Of a DNA stretch of 57,340 bases, positions 47,065 through 56,081 are shown piece by piece; the stretch's first letter is position 1; every line of letters starts with the position of its first letter. The translations under genes were made by a program, and so were the position numbers. The stretch comes from a virus (taxonomy: Duplodnaviria > Caudoviricetes). The DNA lies in the IMG/VR virus record IMGVR_UViG_3300030102_001647, positions 1-57,340 of that record; one strand, 5' to 3'. Below the pieces are notes generated by a model. It had not been told where the DNA came from. It saw nothing but the letters and a program-made list of their open reading frames with translations, and made no database searches.

Positions 47065-47710
47065 TTATACATTCCTTGTAAATGATATTATTGAAACTAC
47101 TGAAAATGATGGCACAGAGTTTGTCAATCATATTCCTAAACTTGTTAATCGTGCAGAAGAAAGACTAACAAAATCTCTTGATGATTATGGTCTTGTAACT
47201 ATAACATCTATTACACTTTCAGCTGGAACAAATGATTATACATTACCGACAGGAACAAGACTAGTTAAAAATATTAATATTACTGAAAGCGGAACTAAAA
47301 TTAATTTATTACAAAGAACGGATGAATTTATAAATGATTACTGGCCTGTATCAGCAAGCACTGGAACTCCAAAATACTATTCAAAAAGAACAAATACACA
47401 AGTTCGTTTTGCCCCTACAGCTAGTGCTACTTACAGCGGAGAGCTTGTCTACATTACTAGACCTGTAACTTTAACTAGTGCAACAGATAGTAATTACTTT
47501 AGTGAGTTTTGTTATGATGCTTTGTATGCGGCTTGTATGTCAGAAGCTTTGGGATTTATGAAAAACTATACAGCTAAACAAGTATATGAACAACAATATC
47601 AAAATGCAGTAGGTTTACTACGTAACCAATCAAGAAGAACACGCCGTGATGATATGCAAACTCCTGCTTCAACAGGTGGTGGTGATAACACAATTGAAGG
47701 AGGATTGTAA
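47057..47710 (+). CDS. Head-tail adaptor (tail tubular protein A-like)
   Basis: AEERL, GTPKYY, FAPT and DALYAAC. Confidence 0.7.
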   Translation: MANYTFLVNDIIETTENDGTEFVNHIPKLVNRAEERLTKSLDDYGLVTITSITLSAGTNDYTLPTGTRLVKNINITESGTKINLLQRTDEFINDYWPVSASTGTPKYYSKRTNTQVRFAPTASATYSGELVYITRPVTLTSATDSNYFSEFCYDALYAACMSEALGFMKNYTAKQVYEQQYQNAVGLLRNQSRRTRRDDMQTPASTGGGDNTIEGGL

Positions 47711-48483
47711 TGGCTGGTAAAACAGAAATAATAAAAGCAATAGCAAACATTGGTAAAGCAGCTGCTAATAAACAATTTGGTAAAAAAGCTGTTGACTCTG
47801 CAGTTAAGTCTGAAAAAGCTAAAGAGCGTTTTGCAAAAGCTCAACTACGTGCAAAAAAGAAAACAGATGCAGAAAAAAAAGCAAAAGATAAAAAAATAGA
47901 AAGTAAAGGCGCAGGGGCTACAGGAGTTCGTCGTCGTAAAAAAATGAGAGCAGAAGATAAAGCGAGGGCAGCATATGAAAAATTTCAAAAGGCTACTAGT
48001 AAAATTAAAAAAACTGAATCTATTGAAGACTTTCTCAAACGTGGTGGAGAGATTAGTGAACTTCCTCGTTCAATGCAAGCATTTTATAGAAAAGAAGTTG
48101 AAAAAGAATTAAAAGGTCAAACATCTCGTCCACTACGTGAGCTTCGTCAATCACAAACTGATAGGAAAAAAAGAAGACAAGCTCGTAAACTTACAGAAGG
48201 TAGAGAAACTACAGAAGCTTTTGAAAGACGTATGGCTAGAGAGGCAGAATCTGGTGGCGTAGAAGATGTAGGTCCAAGACGTTCTCAACGTGGTTCACAG
48301 CGTGACCCATTGTATGAATATGAGCGTAGTCAGGCTGCTGCTTTTCTTAGAGGTAAAGATTCACCTCAGTCAGAATCAGATATTCAAGATTTAGTAGAAA
48401 TGTTTACAACCAAAAAGAAGGGCGGTACTTTAGGTCGTGGTATGGGTAAAGCTCTTCGAGGTGGTGGAAAGGTAATAAGATAA
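47710..48483 (+). CDS. K/R-rich protein ending KKGG..RGMGKALRGGGKV
   Basis: TAATG-coupled; composition. Confidence 0.7.
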   Translation: MAGKTEIIKAIANIGKAAANKQFGKKAVDSAVKSEKAKERFAKAQLRAKKKTDAEKKAKDKKIESKGAGATGVRRRKKMRAEDKARAAYEKFQKATSKIKKTESIEDFLKRGGEISELPRSMQAFYRKEVEKELKGQTSRPLRELRQSQTDRKKRRQARKLTEGRETTEAFERRMAREAESGGVEDVGPRRSQRGSQRDPLYEYERSQAAAFLRGKDSPQSESDIQDLVEMFTTKKKGGTLGRGMGKALRGGGKVIR

Positions 48484-49025
48484 TGGTAGCTTCAAAACTA
48501 GCAAAAGAAATAGGAAAAAGAGTTGTTAAGAAAAAAAGAAAACCAACTCAACCTCTTTTTTCTAATAAACCTAAAGATAGAACACCTACACAAGCAAATG
48601 TAGGAACTCGTGTTGACCCTGATACAGGAACTAAAAATAGATTTAGTCCTAAACCTAATGAGAAAGTAACTAAAGGTAAAAAATCTGTTGAGGCTGAACA
48701 AGGAATAGCAGCTAATGCTACTCAAAACCAAAGAGACAGAGCAAAAAAATATACAAAATTAATAGCTAAAGAAAGAAAAGGTGAGTCTTTAACTAAACAA
48801 GAAAAAAAGTTTATTAAAGATTATGAATCTAAAGAAGAAACAAGAGCAGTTTCTGCTACTATAAAATCAGAACAAACCAAAAGAAGAGGTAAAGCTGTTT
48901 CAGTATCTCCTGTAGGAGGGGTTGATAAAGTTACTCCACCTAAAGCACCAAGATTTAAAAAGGGAGGTAAACTTCGTGGAATGGGTGTGGCTCTCCGTGG
49001 TGGTGGAAAGGTAATGAAAACATAA
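48483..49025 (+). CDS. K-rich protein ending FKKGG.LRGMGVALRGGGKV
   Basis: TAATG-coupled; C-terminus paralogous to the previous gene. Confidence 0.7.
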   Translation: MVASKLAKEIGKRVVKKKRKPTQPLFSNKPKDRTPTQANVGTRVDPDTGTKNRFSPKPNEKVTKGKKSVEAEQGIAANATQNQRDRAKKYTKLIAKERKGESLTKQEKKFIKDYESKEETRAVSATIKSEQTKRRGKAVSVSPVGGVDKVTPPKAPRFKKGGKLRGMGVALRGGGKVMKT

Positions 49026-49243
49026 TGGAAAAGAAAAAGAAAACTGTAGACCAAGATGCTATGGATACCACAAAACTTTTTAAAGAAAAAGGTGTTCAAA
49101 ATGTTATGGAAAAACTAGGTGGAAAAAAACAACCAGATGGTTCTTATACTTTTAATAATAAAGAAACCGTAAAGAAAAGTACTGGTGGTTTAATTAATGG
49201 TCGTCCTACAGGTAAAGGCAAAGGAGCAGCGAGGTCAATATAA
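49025..49243 (+). CDS. Small K-rich protein
   Basis: TAATG-coupled; STGG..GKGKGAAR end. Confidence 0.65.
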   Translation: MEKKKKTVDQDAMDTTKLFKEKGVQNVMEKLGGKKQPDGSYTFNNKETVKKSTGGLINGRPTGKGKGAARSI

Positions 49244-49635
49244 TGGCAAAAAAATTTCCTGATTTAACTGGTGATGGTAAAGTTACTCAAAAAGATATTC
49301 TTATGGGTAGGGGTGTTTCTTTAGCTAAAGGTGGTCAAATTGTTTATTCAGATGAAGATAAGAAGAAAATTAAAAAAGTAACTAAAGGTTTAAAAAAAGC
49401 TAGTTCAACACATGCTAAACAAGCTAAGATGTTATCTAGTATAAAACTAAAAAAAGGCGGTAAACCTAAAAGCCGTGTTAATGAAGCAGGTAACTATACA
49501 AAACCAGAAATGAGAAAACGTCAGTTTAATCGTATTAAAGCTGGTAGTAAAGGCGGTAAACCCGGTCAGTGGTCTGCTCGTAAAGCACAGATGCTTGCTA
49601 AAGCTTATAAAGATGCAGGTGGAGGCTACAAATAG
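49243..49635 (+). CDS. K-rich protein with N-terminal EF-hand-like DLTGDGKVTQKD motif
   Basis: FPDLTGDGKVTQKDIL; GGKPGQWSARKAQ. Confidence 0.7.
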   Translation: MAKKFPDLTGDGKVTQKDILMGRGVSLAKGGQIVYSDEDKKKIKKVTKGLKKASSTHAKQAKMLSSIKLKKGGKPKSRVNEAGNYTKPEMRKRQFNRIKAGSKGGKPGQWSARKAQMLAKAYKDAGGGYK

Positions 49636-49646
49636 TAGAATGATAT

Positions 49647-49931
49647 ATGGCAAAATCAAAGTCACAACAATCTCTTACCAACTGGACAAAACAAAAGTGG
49701 AGAACAAAGAGTGGTAAGAAGTCAAGCAAGACGGGCGAAAGATACTTACCAGAGGCGGCTATTAAGGCACTCACCCCACAGGAATATGCGGCGACTTCGA
49801 GAGCTAAAAGAAAAGGAACAAAGGCAGGAAAGCAATTTGTTAAGCAGCCTAAAGCTATAGCAAAGAAAACAGCTAAATATCGTAAGGCAAAAACAGGCGG
49901 TAAAATTTCAGGACATAATAGGTTATATTAA
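49647..49931 (+). CDS. K/R-rich protein ending HNRLY
   Basis: WTKQKW...GERYLP motif. Confidence 0.7.
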   Translation: MAKSKSQQSLTNWTKQKWRTKSGKKSSKTGERYLPEAAIKALTPQEYAATSRAKRKGTKAGKQFVKQPKAIAKKTAKYRKAKTGGKISGHNRLY

Positions 49932-50218
49932 TGGCAAAGAAGAAAGACCCAAGATTAGCAAAAGCAGGAGTGTCTGGTTATAACAAACCAAAACGCACTC
50001 CAAATCACAAAACTAAGTCTCACGTTGTTGTGGCTAAAGAAGGTGATAAGGTAAAGACTATTCGTTTTGGTCAGCAAGGTGTTAGAGGTGCTGGCAAAAA
50101 TCCAAAGACTGCTAAAGATAAAGCACGTAAGCGGTCTTACTATGCACGACATAATGCACAAGGTAAACCCACAACAAAACTAAGTGCAAAATATTGGAGT
50201 CATAAAGTTAAATGGTAA
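49931..50218 (+). CDS. K/R-rich protein
   Basis: IRFGQQG...SYYARH...SAKYWS..VKW. Confidence 0.7.
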   Translation: MAKKKDPRLAKAGVSGYNKPKRTPNHKTKSHVVVAKEGDKVKTIRFGQQGVRGAGKNPKTAKDKARKRSYYARHNAQGKPTTKLSAKYWSHKVKW

Positions 50219-50243
50219 TCAAAGAGAAAGAGAGGATGATTAC

Positions 50244-50711
50244 GTGGACCCCATCAGTACAGGACTTGCAGGTATTGCATTAGTACAGAAGTCTGTTGAC
50301 TTTATTAAATCTAACATACAAACTGCAAATGATATAAGAGATATTGCTGGGGCTATTGATGGAATGTTTCTAGGTGAGAAACAAATTCAGAAAGATAGGT
50401 TTGGCAATAAATCTATTATAGGACAAACAAAAGATGCAGCATCTACTGTTATTGATGCAAAGCTTGCTAAAGAACAAATGGATGAGATGCGTCAATTAGT
50501 TGACCACAGGTTTGGACACGGAACATGGCAAGAAATTATTAATGAACGAGCCAAACGTATTCAAGAAGAAAAAGAAGCTGAAAAAGAAAGAGCTAGAATA
50601 GCAAGACAGAAACGTCAAGAAACGATAGACAACTTTCAAACAGCTGGTATAGTTGCTGCTATTATAGGTGTTGTTATATTAACAGTATTAGTATATTTTA
50701 AACTAGGATAA
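50244..50711 (+). CDS. Coiled-coil protein with C-terminal TM segment
   Basis: GAGG RBS before GTG (VDPIS); FGHGTW; hydrophobic C-terminus. Confidence 0.65.
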   Translation: MDPISTGLAGIALVQKSVDFIKSNIQTANDIRDIAGAIDGMFLGEKQIQKDRFGNKSIIGQTKDAASTVIDAKLAKEQMDEMRQLVDHRFGHGTWQEIINERAKRIQEEKEAEKERARIARQKRQETIDNFQTAGIVAAIIGVVILTVLVYFKLG

Positions 50712-50713
50712 TT

Positions 50714-50809
50714 ATGGTTGTATCAAGAAGCTCTATATCACAACAAATAAAACGTCCTCCTTCTAAAAAGAAAAAGAAGAGGAATAAAAAGAAAGCAAGG
50801 AGACCATAA
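50714..50809 (+). CDS. 31-aa basic peptide
   Basis: MVVSRSSISQQIKRPPSKKKKKRNKKKARRP; AGGA RBS; fills the gap exactly. Confidence 0.5.
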   Translation: MVVSRSSISQQIKRPPSKKKKKRNKKKARRP

Positions 50810-51481
50810 ATGGCAACATCAGGTACATATAGTTTTTCAATGGACATTGATGAGGTAATCCAAGAAGCTATGGAAATGATAGGGGGCGAAGCTACACTTG
50901 GTGAAGAGCCTCGTTCTGCTCGTAGGTCTATTAATTTGCTTTTACAAGATTGGCAAAATCGTGGTATTCAACTCTGGACAATTGGCACTACTGCTGTAAC
51001 TGTAACAACAAGCACAACTAGCTATGACCTTGGTTCAGAAAACATTGATGTACTTGAAGCTGTAGTAAATAGAAGTAATATTGACTTACAGCTTGAACGT
51101 ATTAGTATGGAGGAGTATTTAAAAGTTCCTCGTAAAGGACAGACAGGCAGACCAACACAGTTTGCTGTTAGAAGAGAACGTGATAAATCTGTTGTATTCT
51201 TATGGCCTGTCCCTGAAAATAGTACAGATGTTGTTAAGTTTGAAACTGTAAAATATATACAAGATGTAACAAGGTCAAACCAAAATGCAGATGTATCTCG
51301 TAGATTCCTACCTTGTCTTACTGCTGGTACAGCTTACTTTATGTCTATGAAACGACCCGGAGTAGAAGCAGGACGTATTCAAATGTTAAAACAAGAATAT
51401 GAAGAAAGGCTAATGAGGGCGCAAGAAGAAGATAAAGAACGTGCAAGTATGCATATTACACCTCGTCTGAACTATGTATAA
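50810..51481 (+). CDS. Second adaptor/tail tubular-like protein
   Basis: MATSGT, SARRSINLL..WQNRG..LW, GRPTQF, LWPVP and RFLPCL. Confidence 0.7.
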   Translation: MATSGTYSFSMDIDEVIQEAMEMIGGEATLGEEPRSARRSINLLLQDWQNRGIQLWTIGTTAVTVTTSTTSYDLGSENIDVLEAVVNRSNIDLQLERISMEEYLKVPRKGQTGRPTQFAVRRERDKSVVFLWPVPENSTDVVKFETVKYIQDVTRSNQNADVSRRFLPCLTAGTAYFMSMKRPGVEAGRIQMLKQEYEERLMRAQEEDKERASMHITPRLNYV

Positions 51482-51726
51482 TGGCAAGAAAAACATTAGG
51501 CATTTGTGATATTTGCGGCTTTCGTTATGAATTACGTGAGTTAAAAAAGAATAGCTATGGTATGATGGTTTGTCCTGCAGATTACGAAGGTAAATATGAT
51601 TTAAGCAATCATCCTCAAAATAGAATAGCTTCTGTTAAAGATGATGAAAATATAAAGGATGCTAGACCACAAAGACCTGCTTTAGTTTCGGCTGTTCCAG
51701 TATCTGCGTGGCTACCAAGTATTTAG
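51481..51726 (+). CDS. Small zinc-ribbon protein
   Basis: CDICGF...VCP...HPQN...ARP. Confidence 0.65.
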   Translation: MARKTLGICDICGFRYELRELKKNSYGMMVCPADYEGKYDLSNHPQNRIASVKDDENIKDARPQRPALVSAVPVSAWLPSI

Positions 51727-52026
51727 ATGGCTCGTGGTAAATATACAAAAGCAGAATGTGATATTTGTGGATTTTCTTTTCCAAGAAGTAGATTACGCAA
51801 AAATAGTTTTGGACTTTGGGTTTGTCCTAATGATTGGGATGGGTCATACGATAGAGTAATACATCCACAAAATAAATCTCCTGACTTACGTGATAATAGT
51901 CAGTATGTAATGAATGCAAGACCAGAACCTAATTTTGACCGTAATGTAAATTGGGAAGATGCAGACCAAATTCACACAACTATTTATCAATGGGACATTC
52001 TTGATAAGTTTTGGAATACAGTATAA
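51727..52026 (+). CDS. Small zinc-ribbon protein, paralog of the previous gene
   Basis: CDICGF...VCP...HPQN...ARP. Confidence 0.65.
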   Translation: MARGKYTKAECDICGFSFPRSRLRKNSFGLWVCPNDWDGSYDRVIHPQNKSPDLRDNSQYVMNARPEPNFDRNVNWEDADQIHTTIYQWDILDKFWNTV

Positions 52027-53501
52027 TGAGTACATTTACAGGTAAAAAAATTGCAAATACTTATAAAGACTTGTTAAAGATAAATACAAGTGTTGATAAT
52101 GCAGGTATTGATGGAACATTAAGAAACATTCAAGATGGAAATGGAGTTAACACTGCTCTTTCTCTTTCTCAAAATAAAACAAAAATCAATGGTGATTTAA
52201 CTGTAACAGGTACTGTTTCTGCGGCAGGGTTTGCTATAGACGGTATTGATGTATCTGTATTAAATGCTGTTGAAGTATCAACTACTAGGCTTACAGCTAC
52301 TAGTATTACAACTGATTCTTTAAATGCTGGTACACTTGTATTTCAAGATGTAAGTGTAAGTAGTCTTAGAACTGGTAATTTATTTGCTACAACTGTTAGT
52401 GCTGGCACAATAAGTGCAACAACAGTAGATGCGACAAATATACTGGTTGGTGGTGAACCTGCTGCTACATCTTCTACAGTTGCTGCACTTTCTGCTACAT
52501 TAGAAACACGTATTGCAGGAGTATCCTCTACTTTTGCTTCAACATCTGCGACACTTAATACACGCATTGATGCTGTATCTGTTCTTACTAAAACTAACTT
52601 AGATGCTATATCATCTGTTAATACAATTGCATTAGCAGCTGCAAGTGCTGGCACATCAGCTACTTTAGAAACACGTATAGCTGCGGTTAGCTCTACTATG
52701 GCTACTAGTATTGCTACTGTATCTGCTGCTCTTGAAACACGTATAGCTGCTGTAAGTGCAGAAGTATCTGCTGTAAAAGCTTTAGTAACGGCTACTAATG
52801 CTTCTGCTATTGCTGCTAACACTTCAGCTATAACAGTAGCTCAAACATCTATTGCTGCTAATACAAGTCTTATTACAGCTTTATCAGCTACCTTAGAATC
52901 ACGTATTGCTACAGTTAGTTCTACTATGGCTACTAGTATTGCTACTGTATCTGCAACACTAGAATCAAGAATAGCTGCAGTATCTTCTACCTTTGCATCT
53001 ACATCAGCAACTTTAAATACAAGAATAGATGCTGTATCGGTATTAACTAAAACTAACCTAGATGCTATTGCATCAGTAAATACTATAGCAGTAGCTGCCG
53101 CAAGTGCTGGTACATCTGCGTCGTTAGAAACTAGAATAGCTGCAGTATCCGCATTAGTACCTGCACTATCTGCTACTATGGCAACTAGTATTAATAATTC
53201 TAATACAGCTATTGCTGCAGTATCAGTATTGACAAAAACTAATTTAGATGCTATAGCGTCTGTTAATACTATTGCTCTTGCAGCAGCTAGTGCAACAACA
53301 TCAGCTACACTTGAAACTAGAATAGCTGCAGTATCTGCCTTAGTTCCAGCTTTGTCAGCTACAATGGCTACAAGTATTAATAATAGTAACACACAAATAG
53401 CTACAGTATCTGCTTTAGTTCCTTCACTATCAGCTACAATGGCTACATCTATATCTAATGCAAACGCTGCGGCTGTGGCATTTGCCATTGCATTAGGATA
53501 A
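52026..53501 (+). CDS. Ala/Ser/Thr-repeat fibre/stalk protein
   Basis: IANTYKDLL N-domain; repeated SATLETRIAAVS / MATSI / LTKTNLDAI; ends AFAIALG. Confidence 0.7.
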   Translation: MSTFTGKKIANTYKDLLKINTSVDNAGIDGTLRNIQDGNGVNTALSLSQNKTKINGDLTVTGTVSAAGFAIDGIDVSVLNAVEVSTTRLTATSITTDSLNAGTLVFQDVSVSSLRTGNLFATTVSAGTISATTVDATNILVGGEPAATSSTVAALSATLETRIAGVSSTFASTSATLNTRIDAVSVLTKTNLDAISSVNTIALAAASAGTSATLETRIAAVSSTMATSIATVSAALETRIAAVSAEVSAVKALVTATNASAIAANTSAITVAQTSIAANTSLITALSATLESRIATVSSTMATSIATVSATLESRIAAVSSTFASTSATLNTRIDAVSVLTKTNLDAIASVNTIAVAAASAGTSASLETRIAAVSALVPALSATMATSINNSNTAIAAVSVLTKTNLDAIASVNTIALAAASATTSATLETRIAAVSALVPALSATMATSINNSNTQIATVSALVPSLSATMATSISNANAAAVAFAIALG

Positions 53502-53516
53502 CTTTTGGAGTATAAT
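53488..53516 (+). promoter_or_regulatory. sigma70-type promoter
   Basis: TTGCAT-17 bp-TATAAT. Confidence 0.55.
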
Positions 53517-53521
53517 AAGCT

Positions 53522-53851
53522 ATGGCTAATTCATTTAAAATAAAAACAGATACAGCTGTTGGAACAAGTCCAGCTACTATTTATACTTGTCCTAGTTCAA
53601 CTGAAACAACTATTATAGGTTTGTCTATTGCAAACATTGTTGCTTCACAAATTACTGCTGATGTACAATTAGAAAATAATGATGGCGATAATATTTATTT
53701 AATTAAAGCTGCTCCTATTCCTGTAGGTAGTACATTAGTTGTTGTGGGTGGCGACCAAAAGGTTGTCATGGAGGCATCAGACGTATTAAAGGTAACAACA
53801 AACACAGCATCTTCTGGTGATGTTGCGTTGTCTATACTGGAGATTACCTAA
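53522..53851 (+). CDS. Small structural protein
   Basis: MANSFK...IYTCP...GGDQKVV...SILEIT; this type usually follows AIALG-ending fibres. Confidence 0.65.
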   Translation: MANSFKIKTDTAVGTSPATIYTCPSSTETTIIGLSIANIVASQITADVQLENNDGDNIYLIKAAPIPVGSTLVVVGGDQKVVMEASDVLKVTTNTASSGDVALSILEIT

Positions 53852-54750
53852 TGGCGATTAGTAAAATTACATCAGATGCTATAGATGCAACTGGTTTTAC
53901 GCTCAAGGCGGCATCTGGCAATACATCACTAAACATTCAAGACGCATCAGGAAGTCCTAATGTGTCTTGGTTGGATAGTGCTGGCACAGTGCAATGGCAG
54001 ATATATTCTACAATGGATGGTGCGGCTGGTTTAGACCCTCTTGTTTTTAATAGTTCTGCTGGTGAACGTATGCGTATCGACAGTTCAGGCAATGTCGGCA
54101 TCGGCACGAGTTCGCCTGATACCTCCTTGCACTTATCAACAAGTTCTCCTGTTATTAAGTTGCAGCGTTCTGGATTTACACCATACGCTCAGATTGCTTC
54201 CAATAATACTGGTGATTTATGGCTTTATGCTGATGAAGGCAATGTAGGTTCAAACACCAGCATGGCTTTCAGGGTAGACGGTTCAGAACGCCTCCGTATC
54301 CTTTCAGGCGGCGGCATAACCTTTAACGGCGATACTGCGACGGCTAATGCCCTTGATGATTATGAGGAGGGGACTTTTACCGTAACACTTTTTACTACAG
54401 GTAGCCCCGACCCAACATATACTATAACTAATACGACTGGATATTACACAAAAGTTGGTAGGCTTGTCACAGCTAATTTCTATTCAGGCGGCATAAATAT
54501 GACTAGTGCTGGCACTGGGCAAGCAAGAATTTCAGGTCTTCCTTTTAATGCTACCACTACTACTTATGGACAATATAGTGTTGTGAACCTTACTCACACT
54601 ACAGCTTTTGCATCTAATGTAGAAGGCGGCATTACTTTAGGAGGCACTAATGACATGGCTTTTTATTCTGAAGGAACTGTAAGCTCAATGAACTTTACTA
54701 CAGGAAATCCAGTTTACATAATGTTTACTGTGACATATTGGACTGATTAA
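53851..54750 (+). CDS. Tail fibre / receptor-binding protein 1
   Basis: ERMRIDSSGNVGIGT repeats; ANALDDYEEGT plus a YTKVGRLV C-domain. Confidence 0.8.
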   Translation: MAISKITSDAIDATGFTLKAASGNTSLNIQDASGSPNVSWLDSAGTVQWQIYSTMDGAAGLDPLVFNSSAGERMRIDSSGNVGIGTSSPDTSLHLSTSSPVIKLQRSGFTPYAQIASNNTGDLWLYADEGNVGSNTSMAFRVDGSERLRILSGGGITFNGDTATANALDDYEEGTFTVTLFTTGSPDPTYTITNTTGYYTKVGRLVTANFYSGGINMTSAGTGQARISGLPFNATTTTYGQYSVVNLTHTTAFASNVEGGITLGGTNDMAFYSEGTVSSMNFTTGNPVYIMFTVTYWTD

Positions 54751-54767
54751 CCCGTCTGGAAGTCGGG
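54748..54767 (+). repeat. Post-stop hairpin element, copy 1
   Basis: TAACCCGTCTGGAAGTCGGG. Confidence 0.9.
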
Positions 54768-54782
54768 CAGGAGAAATAATAA

Positions 54783-56021
54783 ATGGCATATATAGGACAA
54801 AACGCTGACGGAAACTTCACCACATCGGTATCAAAAGATACCTTTAGTGGCAATGGTTCTACTACGGCATTTACTTTGTCTGAAGCCGCAACGACAAACA
54901 CTGTTGATGTCTTTGTGGAAAATATACGTCAAGAGCCAACAACAGCATACACAGTAGACGGCACAACTCTTACATTCACAGCCGCACCTGTAACAGGCAC
55001 AAACAATATCTATGTCGTAAATCGTGGACCGATACAGCTTTCTGCAAGTCATCCTGCGGCACAGTCTTTGTCTGCTTTTAGTGCAACAATAACTAATGAT
55101 TTGACTGTTGACACAAATACACTGTTTGTTGATGCGTCAGAAAATGCGGTTGGCATTGGCACGAGTTCACCAAACGGCAAATTACACGTTAAAGACCAAA
55201 CTGACATCGCTATGTCAAACAATGCGGATGGTCAAATTACTATTGAGGGCAACGGTTATAGTGGAGCGATTGCCTTAAATGCCACTGGCATGCAAATTTA
55301 CCAAAATTCGAACGTAAGAGGTTTGATTTTTGGCAACAATGAAACTGAGCAGATGCGTATCGACAGTTCGGGCAATTTGCTTGTCGGGGGGACTACTTTT
55401 GACAACGGCAATTTAACATCAAGTGCCAATGGTATAAATGTTTTTGATGCAACAGCACCTATTGTTAATTTAATAGAAACCAGTGGTAATACTTCTTTTT
55501 TCTTAGGTAAAACAGCAAGCGATTGTTTTATTGCAACCGCAGATGCACAGCCAATTAGATTCCATACAAACGATACAGAGCGTATGCGTATCCTATCAGG
55601 CGGTGGCTTAACATTTAACGGCGACACTGCTGATGCTAATGCGCTGGATGATTATGAAGAGGGGACTTGGACGCCTACTGTTACTATAGGAACAGTTGGT
55701 AGTACAACCGCAAACTATACAAAAATAGGTAGGTTAGTTCATGTAACAGGTATCCTAAGTACTTTTTCAAATAGAACTTCGTCAAATGCTATTGTACTTC
55801 AAGGTATGCCTTTTAATATAGGTCAAACAGATAGAGGATATCCAAGCGGTCAGCTTGGAGTTGGATTGAATAGCAGACCTGATACAGCCTATGCTTTAGA
55901 CTCTACTAGCGTAAGGTTTTATGATAGTGCTTCAACTGGTAGCTCGTATGACTTTATCAAACATTCTGATTTACTTTTATCAGGTTCAGCATTTTATTTT
56001 TCATTTACTTATATTTCATAA
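54783..56021 (+). CDS. Tail fibre / receptor-binding protein 2
   Basis: MAYIG N-domain (FSGNGSTTAFTL, RQEPTTAY); fibre repeats; ANALDDYEEGTWTP C-domain. Confidence 0.8.
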   Translation: MAYIGQNADGNFTTSVSKDTFSGNGSTTAFTLSEAATTNTVDVFVENIRQEPTTAYTVDGTTLTFTAAPVTGTNNIYVVNRGPIQLSASHPAAQSLSAFSATITNDLTVDTNTLFVDASENAVGIGTSSPNGKLHVKDQTDIAMSNNADGQITIEGNGYSGAIALNATGMQIYQNSNVRGLIFGNNETEQMRIDSSGNLLVGGTTFDNGNLTSSANGINVFDATAPIVNLIETSGNTSFFLGKTASDCFIATADAQPIRFHTNDTERMRILSGGGLTFNGDTADANALDDYEEGTWTPTVTIGTVGSTTANYTKIGRLVHVTGILSTFSNRTSSNAIVLQGMPFNIGQTDRGYPSGQLGVGLNSRPDTAYALDSTSVRFYDSASTGSSYDFIKHSDLLLSGSAFYFSFTYIS

Positions 56022-56045
56022 CCCGTCTGGAAGTCGGGTCGGACA
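56019..56045 (+). repeat. Post-stop hairpin element, copy 2
   Basis: TAACCCGTCTGGAAGTCGGGTCGGACA, followed by a GTGGC-AATCCC-GCCAC hairpin at 56047-56062. Confidence 0.9.
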
Positions 56046-56081
56046 GGTGGCAATCCCGCCACGATAACACAGGAGACTAAA

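Noticed and set aside
52343-53488. Long antisense ORFs (159 and 215 aa)
   Set aside because: Shadows of the Ala/Ser/Thr repeat codons; no RBS or operon context. The same applies to antisense ORFs over nrdJ, polA, primase and MCP
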